A stretch of DNA of 64,000 nucleotides from Candidatus Helarchaeota archaeon (GTDB lineage Archaea > Asgardarchaeota > Lokiarchaeia > Helarchaeales > RDOG01). Position 1 is the first letter of the stretch; each line of letters starts with the position of its first letter. The position numbers and the translations under genes are program-made. Where the stretch lies: assembly GCA_019058315.1 (NCBI GenBank), contig JAHPZH010000001.1, positions 32,001-96,000 of the forward strand, written 5' to 3'. The notes beneath the pieces were generated by a model. That model made no database searches, was not told the DNA's origin, and saw nothing but the letters and a program-made list of their open reading frames with translations. Below, one piece after another: positions 50,257-59,592 of the stretch.

Positions 50257-51348
50257 TTATTTTATATATTTCATTATCTCTTCTTCGTCTAAATCAAAGC
50301 TAAGCCCCGGTCCATCTGGAATTTTAACATAACCCTCTGAATCTAACTGATAGGAACCCGCTTTACTAAAAAGTATGAAATCTGGATAAAATCCATATTC
50401 AAAATATGGGCAATTTGGAAGACTTCCAATTATTTGTAGATTGGCTGCTTGAACTAACCCTGTTCCAAATACATGAGGTATACACAGTTTTCCATATGCT
50501 TCAGCAAGACTCCCAATTTTTTTTACGATTGATATTCCTCCCGACCTTGTTGCATCGGGTTGGATAATGTCATATGCTCCTTTTTGTAATAATGTTTGAA
50601 ATTCATGAACTCCAAAATTATTTTCTCCTCCTGCTATAGAAATGTCCACTTGAGACCTTAATTCGGTTAAGTTATCAATTTCATCACTAAAGACCGGTTC
50701 TTCTAACCATTTAAAATGATCATGACTTTCTAATATTCGAGCTAATTTTAGGGTAGTTTTTAAGTCATAACCCGAGTTTACATCAACCATAACTTCTAAT
50801 TCACTTGGAGAAAAGTTATCAGTTAATGCATTTATAACCACTTTGTCTTTATCTAAACCTTGTCCAAGTCTTATTTTAATAGCTTTAAAATTTCGTTCAT
50901 CTAATGCAGTTTTTGTCATTTTTACTGTCTCATCAGGCTTCATCCAATAGGGCATGGAAGCATAAGCCTTTATTTTTCTTTGATATGTTCCAATTATTTG
51001 ATGAACTGGTTTTCCTAAATCCTTACCTATAATATCCCATAATGCACAATTAACTAAAGAAATACCTATTGGATTTCCAATCAAGATTCGATAAGTATAA
51101 TTGATTAAATCTTGAGTTATCGCCTCAATATCATAAGGATCACGTTTTAGAATTAATTTTTTCCATCGTCGAATGAAAATTGCACAAGCTTCATCTGAAT
51201 TCACAAAATGTCCAGCTGCAACTCCTTCTATACCTTCATCAGTTTTTAATCTTAATAAAGTACCTGTGATTTTGAATTTAGGCATTGCACCTATTTTAAT
51301 TTTTACTGGTAATTCAAACCAATTTGACTCAATTTCTTTAATCTGCAT
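50257..51348 (-). CDS. Mandelate racemase/muconate lactonizing enzyme (enolase superfamily)
   Basis: ALWDI.GK..G.PV, KIRLG, MVDVN, WLEEP, AGGEN, QPD, PH, GPGL. Confidence 0.92.
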   Translation of the reverse strand: MQIKEIESNWFELPVKIKIGAMPKFKITGTLLRLKTDEGIEGVAAGHFVNSDEACAIFIRRWKKLILKRDPYDIEAITQDLINYTYRILIGNPIGISLVNCALWDIIGKDLGKPVHQIIGTYQRKIKAYASMPYWMKPDETVKMTKTALDERNFKAIKIRLGQGLDKDKVVINALTDNFSPSELEVMVDVNSGYDLKTTLKLARILESHDHFKWLEEPVFSDEIDNLTELRSQVDISIAGGENNFGVHEFQTLLQKGAYDIIQPDATRSGGISIVKKIGSLAEAYGKLCIPHVFGTGLVQAANLQIIGSLPNCPYFEYGFYPDFILFSKAGSYQLDSEGYVKIPDGPGLSFDLDEEEIMKYIK

Positions 51349-51440
51349 AATATCACTTTTAAATATCTAAAAAATTCCTATTCAAATGAAATTAGTAATT
51401 TCTAATTGATAATTTAATAAAAAAAAGAAAAATTTGAGTT

Positions 51441-52547
51441 TTAACTTTTTTTCTCTTCTATTGCCTCTTTCTTTGCTTGATGTTTTCCGAGCTGATAAAT
51501 TGTGTATGCCAAAGTAGCCATTAAATATAAGGAAACACCATAAGGATGGTCCACACCAGGAATGAAATGGATAAATTTCATTAGAACAAAAATGGCGAAG
51601 ATTCCTGTTGCAAATAACATCAATAAAAAGCCAATACCGTCAATCAGATAATAATGTAATTGTGTTAACCCTGTGAATGTCCCGGCTATATCAAATATTG
51701 GCCATGCTAGTAATCGTATAAAAAACTTAGCAATATTTAATTTATTTAACTCCATGTATTTATCTTCCGGATGTTTTTTAAGTCTCCAAAGATGGAATAC
51801 TCCCCAACCTGCGAATAAAGGGATAAAAGCCATTACAAGTATATAAATATTCTTTCTAATAACATAATTAGTTTCCATCATATCTATTGTGCTTAGACCT
51901 GCAGATCCATTTACAGGAGTATAAAACCATCCAGTAAATAAAAGTCCACAAGTTACATCATGATACATTTTTCCCAATACATGTGATCCAGTTTCATTAA
52001 AAGCATAATAATTCCAAGAAAATTCAGGTCCTGCGAATTCATGGTAATATACCTCTACTAGACCGAGACCTATAAAGTCTCCCTCTAAACCAGTATAGTC
52101 TGGAGAAAAAATCATGCCTCCTAATTCATCACCAAGCATCATTTGAACTGTAGATCGTGCAGAAGGTGGGTCAAAATAAAATATTAATGGTGGTTTTATT
52201 TCTTCATTCTCAAGATCAAGTATTACTCCAGTATCTGTTGAAACGGTATATATTGTAATATTTGTATAACCTGTAACAACTGCCGCTATACCTATTGGTC
52301 CTGCCCCTGCTGTGTAAATTTCAACTATTGTTAAAGAAAAATCATTTCCATTTAATTGTGCCGCAAGTGGACCGGTCACAAGATATTTTGCAGTATAAGG
52401 GTTTTCATAGAAATCATCATATACTAAATATTCTCCTGCCAAAGATGCAATCGCTACACCAGCTACAACACAAATCATGCCGATTGCCAGTATTAGTAAA
52501 TCTTGTCTCAATGTTTTGTTATTATGGATAGTTTTTAATGTTTCCAT
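51441..52547 (-). CDS. Hypothetical membrane protein (N-terminal TM, extracellular domain, several C-terminal TMs)
   Basis: Hydrophobicity pattern; ATG 52547 follows GGGGT. Confidence 0.7.
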   Translation of the reverse strand: METLKTIHNNKTLRQDLLILAIGMICVVAGVAIASLAGEYLVYDDFYENPYTAKYLVTGPLAAQLNGNDFSLTIVEIYTAGAGPIGIAAVVTGYTNITIYTVSTDTGVILDLENEEIKPPLIFYFDPPSARSTVQMMLGDELGGMIFSPDYTGLEGDFIGLGLVEVYYHEFAGPEFSWNYYAFNETGSHVLGKMYHDVTCGLLFTGWFYTPVNGSAGLSTIDMMETNYVIRKNIYILVMAFIPLFAGWGVFHLWRLKKHPEDKYMELNKLNIAKFFIRLLAWPIFDIAGTFTGLTQLHYYLIDGIGFLLMLFATGIFAIFVLMKFIHFIPGVDHPYGVSLYLMATLAYTIYQLGKHQAKKEAIEEKKS

Positions 52548-52651
52548 AATAAATACCCCATAAAAATACCTTTGAAAAAATTTTTTCAAATTATATAAAT
52601 TGTAATTCATTCTGTTTAAAAATTAATAGTTATTACTTGGAGGAATCAACA

Positions 52652-52959
52652 ATAAAAGTTAAAGAATTAGGTGTAGCGTATTATGGAAATGTCTATCTAG
52701 ACCACGCACGCCAAGATTTTAAAGAAATGCAAGAGCATGGGTGCAATTGTGGTTATTAGCCTTTTTAATTCCTGCGAATAGAGAGGACGAATTGAAAGAA
52801 GCAACTAAAATTATGGCCAAGACTAATGTTGATAGTATTTTTGCATGGTGTTATAGAGGTGGGCTTGGAACCTTAATAAAATCAGATAATCCAGAATTAG
52901 TTTGGAAGATAGTTGGAGAGGTTTTTAATAAGATAAAAGAAAATGTTAATAAATTTTAA
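52652..52959 (+). pseudogene. Internally deleted glycoside-hydrolase-like TIM-barrel gene
   Basis: N-terminal fragment (ATA)KVKELGVAYYGNVYLDHARQDFKEMQEHGCN (52652-52759, GGAGG upstream) is joined out of frame to C-terminal fragment VQLW...VDSIFAW.Y.G...SDNPELVW. Confidence 0.65.
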
Positions 52960-52984
52960 AATAAAAAAATAAAGAAATTAAGTT

Positions 52985-55900
52985 TTAATCTGATTTATCA
53001 GTTTTATCTTTCAATGGAAGGTGTGAATTAGGTCCTTTTTTACTCATCTTACCTTTAGGCTCTTTTTTAATCTTCTTGGTTTCACTTTTTGTTCCTCTTT
53101 TAGTTATCATTATTCCCGCAATTAGAGAAGCTGCAGCTACAACCCCTAATATTACCAAACCAATTGGCGACATTAATGATTTTAAAATATTATCGTCTGT
53201 TGATGTCCCCGGTAAAGGCAAAATAAACTCTTCTGGTCCAGGTTCTGGTGCAATAACTACATATTGATAAGGTCCCGCGGTATAATCGTTATCGTATGTA
53301 TCATTAACCCAGATCGAGTAAGCTATTCGTGTCCCAATAGGAGAAACCGGAATAGTAAAGTTCCAATAACCATCTAGAATAGTCCCCGATAGTAGATCCA
53401 TTGTATAATAAGTCGGGGTTCCAGTGTGATTTGAATTAATTAAAACCGTATCTACTCCCAGATTATCAGTAATATGAACAGTGATATTAACTACTTCTAG
53501 CTGATTAGGAGTAGTTGGGTCTCTTGAAACTGATATTATATTGGGATCTTCAGAGTCGCTGACTGTATATTGGTATGGTCCATCAGAGTCTTGATTATTA
53601 GTTGTATCATTTACCCAGATCGAATAAGTTATTGTAATTCCTGCGGAATAAACCGGTATAGTAAAGTTCCAATAACCATCTAGAATAGTCCCCGATAGTA
53701 GATTCAATGTATAATTGGTTTGTGTTCCAGTATGATTTGAATTAAATAAAACCGTATCTACACCTAGATTATCAGTAATGTGAACAGTGATATTAACTGT
53801 ATCTAGCTGATTAGGACTGGTGGGATCTCTTGAAACCAGAAGTATATTGGGATCTTCGGAATCACTAATTGTATATTGGTATGGTCCATCGGTGTCTTGG
53901 TTGTTAGTTGTATCATTTACCCAGATCGAATAATTTATTGTAATTCCTGCAGGATAAGCTGGTATAGTATAGTTCCAATAACCATCTTGAGCCGTCCCTG
54001 AGAGTGGGTCCATGGTATAATTTGTTTGCGTTCCATTATGATTTGAATTAATTAAAACCGTATCTACACCTAGATTATCAGTAATGTGGACAGTGATATT
54101 AACTGTATCTAGCTGATTAGGGCTGGTGGGATCTCTTGAAACTAGAAGTATATTGGGATCTTCAGAATCACTAATTGTATATTGGTATAATCCATCGGTG
54201 TCTTGGTTGTTAGTTGTATCATTAACCCAAATCGAATAATTTATTGTAATCCCTGCAGGGTAAGCTGGTATAGTATAATTCCAATAACCATCTTGAGCAG
54301 TCCCTGAAAGTGGGTCCATGGTATAATTTGTTGGCGTTCCAGTATAATTTGTATTAATTAAAACCGTATCTACTGCCATGTTATCAGTAATATGTACGGT
54401 AATATTTACTATATCCGACTGATTAGGGGTAATAGGATCTCGTGAAACTAAAATTATATTTGGATCTTCCGCATCACTAATTATATATTGATATGGTCCA
54501 TCAGTTGCATTATTATTGCTAGTATCATTGACCCAGATCGAGTACATTATTGTGGTTCCAGCGGGATAAGATGGAATAGTATAGTTCCAATAACCATCTC
54601 GAGTAGTACCAGATAGGTGATCCATTGTATAATTAATTGGTGTTCCAGTATGATTTGAATTAATTAAAACGATATCTACTCCTCTGTTCTCAGTAATATG
54701 CACAGTTACACTTACTGTATCCAAATTACTAGGGTTAGTTGGATTCCTTGAAGTTAGTATTATATTTGGATCTATCTTATCAATAGGCCACTCAAAGCAA
54801 GAATACATTATTTCTGCATCTATTCCCCATTCACCGTCCGTATTATCATACCATACTACTGATATGTTTCCTTTATTGTCTGTAGCTATTTGAGGATTGA
54901 GGCTACCACCATCATTCCAAAGTGTATAATCTTCTGAAACTACTGACACATTAGACCAACCAGACGTAGAGGTATAATTTATATAAAAAATTTCATCATC
55001 AATTCCCCATTCACCATCTGTCATATCATACCAAACTACGTATAAAGTTCCACTATTATCCGCTGCTATGTCAGGTGCTAAACTCAAATCAGTATTCCAA
55101 TGTGTATAATCATCTGAAACTACCGTTGCATTAGACCATCCAGAGGAGGTATAATTTGTATACATTACTTCTCTATCAGTTCCCCATTCACCATTTGTCG
55201 AATCTTCCCAAACAACATGAATACTACCATTAATATCCGTATCGATACTGGGATATTCGCTACCACCAGTATTCCACCCGAATAAATCTGAAATCGCAGT
55301 AACATTCGACCAACCTGCTCCTGTATTATTTACATACAAAATTTCATTATCAGAACCCCATTCACCATTTGTTTGATCCCACCAAACAACATGTTGGTAT
55401 CCATTATTATCAACAGCAATTTGAGGGTTATTACTTCCACCATCATTCCATCCAGTATAATCGTCTGAAATTACAGTTGCATTAGACCAACCTGAAGCAG
55501 TATAATTTACATACATTACTTCCAAATCCGTCCCCCATTCACCAGCCGTAAGATCCTGCCAGACCACATGAATAGTCCCAGTATTTTCATCTATAGCGAT
55601 GCTTGGAGCACCACTAACACCATCATTCCATCCGTAAATATCTGAAATAACAGTTACATTAGACCAGCCAGCCCCTGTATTATTAACATACATTACTTCA
55701 TAATCAGTACCCCATTCCCCATCTGTCCCATCCCACCAGACAACGTGTAAATTTCCATTGTTGTCTATTGCGATGCTTGGATCACTACTAGGACCATCAT
55801 TCCAGTTAGTGTAATCGTCTGAAATTACAGTTGCATTGGACCAGCCAGTAGCAGTTAAATTTGCATACATTATTTCTCTGTCAGTTCCCCATTCGCCATT

Positions 55901-57436
55901 TGTATCATCATGCCAGACTACATGTACTACTCCATTATTATCCATAGCTATATCAGGATTATAACTATGATCATCATTCCATCCCATATAAAATGGATGA
56001 TCTGAAACTGCGGTTACATTCGACCAACCTGATCCTTTGTAAACATGTAATATATCTGTATCGGTTACTCCACCTCCCCATATACCGGCTGTATTATCAT
56101 CCCAGACAACATGAACATTTCCAGTATTATTGTCTATTGTTATACTTGGATTATTACTAGAACCATCATTCCATCCAGTCTGATTATCAGAAATTACTGT
56201 TGCATTAGACCATCCTGAAGCTGTATAATTTGTATACATTATCTCCTGATCAGTTCCCCATTCACCATCTGTATCATCTGCCCATACCACATGTAAAATG
56301 TCATTATTATCTATTGCAATATCACCAGCAACACTGGCTCCGTCATTCCATCCTGTTATATCATCCGAAATCACTGTAGCATTAGACCAACCTGATACGG
56401 TAAAGTTAACATAAAATATTTCCCAATCTGCTATTGTCTGGTCTTCCCAAATCACATGTATCACAGAATTATTATCAGTTACAATCTTGGGATATAAACT
56501 TTCTAAATCATTCCATCCATATACATCTGAAATTACTATAGTATTGGATACACCAGATGCAGAATAATTTGCATACATGATCTCAGGATCTGATAAACCT
56601 CCACCCCAAGCTCCTGTCGTCCAATCATGCCAAACCACATGCACTATTCCATTTTTATCAACAGCGATATCAGGATATTCACTATGACCATCATTCCAAT
56701 TTGTAATATCATCTGAGATTAAAGTTACATTAGTCCAACCAGTTCCTGTATTATTAACATACATTATTTCTTCATCAGTTCCCCATTCACCATCTGTATC
56801 TTCGGTCCAGACTACATGTATATTTCCATTAGTATCAGTTGCAATACTAGGTGCATAACTACCACCATTATTCCATCCAGTAATATCATCTGATATTACT
56901 GTTGCGTTAGACCAACCAGAAGCCGTATAGTTAGCATACATGATTTCTCTATCAGTTCCCCATTCCCCATTTGTGTCATCATCCCAAACTACATGGATAT
57001 TTCCATCATTATCTGTAGCTATTCGAGGATTAACACTCCAACCATCGTTCCAACCGAAAAGATCCGAAATTACTGTTATATTGGACCAGCCAGAAGATGT
57101 AAAGTTTGCATACATTATTTCTCTGTCAGTTCCCCATTCGCCATCTGTATCATCAGTCCAAACTACGTGAATATTTCCATCTTTATCAACAACTATATCA
57201 GAGTCCCAACTAAGATCCCTGTTCCAGTACATGGTCCTTTTAGTGTCTGTGATAACTGTAGCATTTGACCAATTAGAATCATTCAAATTCATAGTATTTA
57301 AATTAAAACCATTGTTGTTAACTATTGGAAACGGTACATTTATAGTAAGTCTATGTGGAATTGTACTTAATATTGTAAGTAACAGAAATTGAGATAAAAT
57401 TAGACTTAAGATCAATCTTTTTTTGGTTTTTTTAAT
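52985..57436 (-). CDS. Large type-I membrane surface glycoprotein: 14 beta-propeller-type repeats, 5 Ig-like repeats, TM, Lys-rich tail
   Basis: 14x GWSN.T.ISD...WNDG.S..P.IA.D..G..HVVW; 5x DPNI..VSRDP..PNQ.D.VNITVHITDN; many N-x-S/T. Probable ATT start at 57436 gives a KKTKKR signal n-region. Confidence 0.88.
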   Translation of the reverse strand: MKKTKKRLILSLILSQFLLLTILSTIPHRLTINVPFPIVNNNGFNLNTMNLNDSNWSNATVITDTKRTMYWNRDLSWDSDIVVDKDGNIHVVWTDDTDGEWGTDREIMYANFTSSGWSNITVISDLFGWNDGWSVNPRIATDNDGNIHVVWDDDTNGEWGTDREIMYANYTASGWSNATVISDDITGWNNGGSYAPSIATDTNGNIHVVWTEDTDGEWGTDEEIMYVNNTGTGWTNVTLISDDITNWNDGHSEYPDIAVDKNGIVHVVWHDWTTGAWGGGLSDPEIMYANYSASGVSNTIVISDVYGWNDLESLYPKIVTDNNSVIHVIWEDQTIADWEIFYVNFTVSGWSNATVISDDITGWNDGASVAGDIAIDNNDILHVVWADDTDGEWGTDQEIMYTNYTASGWSNATVISDNQTGWNDGSSNNPSITIDNNTGNVHVVWDDNTAGIWGGGVTDTDILHVYKGSGWSNVTAVSDHPFYMGWNDDHSYNPDIAMDNNGVVHVVWHDDTNGEWGTDREIMYANLTATGWSNATVISDDYTNWNDGPSSDPSIAIDNNGNLHVVWWDGTDGEWGTDYEVMYVNNTGAGWSNVTVISDIYGWNDGVSGAPSIAIDENTGTIHVVWQDLTAGEWGTDLEVMYVNYTASGWSNATVISDDYTGWNDGGSNNPQIAVDNNGYQHVVWWDQTNGEWGSDNEILYVNNTGAGWSNVTAISDLFGWNTGGSEYPSIDTDINGSIHVVWEDSTNGEWGTDREVMYTNYTSSGWSNATVVSDDYTHWNTDLSLAPDIAADNSGTLYVVWYDMTDGEWGIDDEIFYINYTSTSGWSNVSVVSEDYTLWNDGGSLNPQIATDNKGNISVVWYDNTDGEWGIDAEIMYSCFEWPIDKIDPNIILTSRNPTNPSNLDTVSVTVHITENRGVDIVLINSNHTGTPINYTMDHLSGTTRDGYWNYTIPSYPAGTTIMYSIWVNDTSNNNATDGPYQYIISDAEDPNIILVSRDPITPNQSDIVNITVHITDNMAVDTVLINTNYTGTPTNYTMDPLSGTAQDGYWNYTIPAYPAGITINYSIWVNDTTNNQDTDGLYQYTISDSEDPNILLVSRDPTSPNQLDTVNITVHITDNLGVDTVLINSNHNGTQTNYTMDPLSGTAQDGYWNYTIPAYPAGITINYSIWVNDTTNNQDTDGPYQYTISDSEDPNILLVSRDPTSPNQLDTVNITVHITDNLGVDTVLFNSNHTGTQTNYTLNLLSGTILDGYWNFTIPVYSAGITITYSIWVNDTTNNQDSDGPYQYTVSDSEDPNIISVSRDPTTPNQLEVVNITVHITDNLGVDTVLINSNHTGTPTYYTMDLLSGTILDGYWNFTIPVSPIGTRIAYSIWVNDTYDNDYTAGPYQYVVIAPEPGPEEFILPLPGTSTDDNILKSLMSPIGLVILGVVAAASLIAGIMITKRGTKSETKKIKKEPKGKMSKKGPNSHLPLKDKTDKSD

Positions 57437-58017
57437 CTTAAAAATCTCCTAATATGTCTATATGTCTAAAAATCCGTTGATTTTGGATATAAAATAATAG
57501 AATTTTTTAATAACTTAGTTTTTAAATTTTATAATATCCTAGAAAAAGTTAAAATATTTAAAGGTATTCATCTATTATCCTCACTCTTGTAATCTATAAG
57601 GTTGATAAGCTCATTTTTACATTAAATAAGGTTGTTAAGTAATTAACTTACCACAATAAGAATTTTCAATCATAATAATTAATGGTTTAAAATGAATTGA
57701 TAGGATATAAAAACAGGTTATAGATTTCAAGTAATTTGTAGAGAAAAAAATAAATTATAAAAATTGGGTTCTAATGTCATTTATCGGATCTATCTGTCCA
57801 TGGGAAAGTTGATTGAGGTCCTTCCTTGCTTATCTCGTCTTTATGCTAGCCGTCTTGATTAGTCCCTGTGAGTAAAGTCATTTTCATTGAATATTAACCT
57901 TAAGAATTGGTTAATTTATTTTCAAATCGGATATTTTGAAGAAAAAATTATTAAAAAAACATTTATTTTAAGACAAATTACGTATATTATCACTGATAAA
58001 ATTGAGAGATTATTGGA

Positions 58018-59382
58018 TTGGAATCAAATTGGAAATATTTTAGAACTGTTTTTTTCTTAATTATTGTAAGTTGGTCAATTACTGCACTATTGGGACCAAT
58101 GGTTAGGGAAATTGCTGTTGATCTACGTGTGGAAAGCGAGGCACAAATCGGTTTTATAACTTCAATCTTCCTTATTATTGCTAGTTTATTATCTTTCGTA
58201 TGGGCTTTCCTAGAAGATCGATACTCAAGAAAATCTCTATTAATTTCTGCTGGTTCGTTGAATTTTATTGCAATATTATTAATTAGTTTAACAAATACAT
58301 ATTTTGATTTATTTTTATTTCATGTGGTTGCAGCCATAGGGTATGCCGCAATCTTTCCAATCGGATGTAGCATGACTATGGATTATATCATTCCAGAGGA
58401 GCGTGCTAAAGCATTTTCGCTTCTTAGTATAGCAAGAACTATAGGAATTGGGTTATCTTATATTTTATCAGGAATATTAGTGGATGTAAGTTGGAAGCTA
58501 CCCTTCCTAATTATTTCAATTTTAGGTTTTGTAAATATTATTTTTCTCTTTAAAATAAAGGATCCGAAAAAGGGGAGTAGAGAAAAAGCATTATCCCATA
58601 TTCTATCAGAAAGACTGATATATAATTATCATATTAATAGAGAAGATATCAAGGTACTTGTTAAAAATAAAGCATCATTATTAATTTTTCTATTCAATTT
58701 CTTTCTAGTTTTAGCATCCGGAAGTATATATTATTATTTAATTACAATGCTAAAATCTGATCATAATTTTTCTTCCATCGCTGCTACTCTATTTGTGGTA
58801 GCGACTTATAGTGATGGAATGGTCGGGAACTTGCTTTGGGGGAAAAGAGCCGATAAAAAGTTTACTGAGAGACTCGAAGGAAAAGCGCATGTTTTATTAG
58901 AATCATTAATTTTAGGTCCACCTTTTCTAATTATTGCTTATTCATTAGTTTTTTCAGTTGATCAAATTGAATTGGTTATTATTTTCGCAATTATAATTGC
59001 TATTGGAGTATTTCTTGTATCAGGTTTAATTTCCATCTCGAATTCAATATTAGGAGATAACAATCCCCCAGAGTTAAGAGCAACAGCCTTTTCGATGAAT
59101 AATTTCTCACAAACTATTGGGCGAAGTATTGGAATCGTACTAATAGGTTTGTTCTTCAATATGTTCGGAGGAACTGTTTATTTGGGATTTGGAAATTTTG
59201 TCAATCTATTTGGAGAGGGTTATCGATGGGGTTTTATTATTATGAGTTTATTGTACTTTCTTGGTTTTATTTTTATTATTCCATTGAAGAAAATCTTACC
59301 AGATGAAATAAATAAATTAAATAATATATTAAAAGAACGAGCAAAAAAAATAGATAAAAAATCTAAATCAAATAACAAGTAA
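58018..59382 (+). CDS. MFS transporter
   Basis: About 12 TMs; LEDRYSRK, PEERAKA, WGKRADK, PPELRATA motifs. Confidence 0.92.
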   Translation: MESNWKYFRTVFFLIIVSWSITALLGPMVREIAVDLRVESEAQIGFITSIFLIIASLLSFVWAFLEDRYSRKSLLISAGSLNFIAILLISLTNTYFDLFLFHVVAAIGYAAIFPIGCSMTMDYIIPEERAKAFSLLSIARTIGIGLSYILSGILVDVSWKLPFLIISILGFVNIIFLFKIKDPKKGSREKALSHILSERLIYNYHINREDIKVLVKNKASLLIFLFNFFLVLASGSIYYYLITMLKSDHNFSSIAATLFVVATYSDGMVGNLLWGKRADKKFTERLEGKAHVLLESLILGPPFLIIAYSLVFSVDQIELVIIFAIIIAIGVFLVSGLISISNSILGDNNPPELRATAFSMNNFSQTIGRSIGIVLIGLFFNMFGGTVYLGFGNFVNLFGEGYRWGFIIMSLLYFLGFIFIIPLKKILPDEINKLNNILKERAKKIDKKSKSNNK

Positions 59383-59592
59383 AATTCCCATTTTTCCTAT
59401 TCTTTAAAATAAATATTGAAATTTTTTCTTTAACTATTTTTAATGTCTTTAATTTATATTTAAATAACCAATTCCTTAAAAACAACCTTTAAATATTAGT
59501 TTATAGTAATTTAATAACGTTTGAAAAAAATCAAACGACATTTTTTTAATTAATAGTTGATGAAAAAATGGATAAAAAAAGAGGAAAAGCAA

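Noticed and set aside
57596-57639. Direct repeat ATAAGGTTG(A/T)TAAG, 30 bp apart
   Set aside because: Only two short copies in AT-rich DNA; not enough to call a site.
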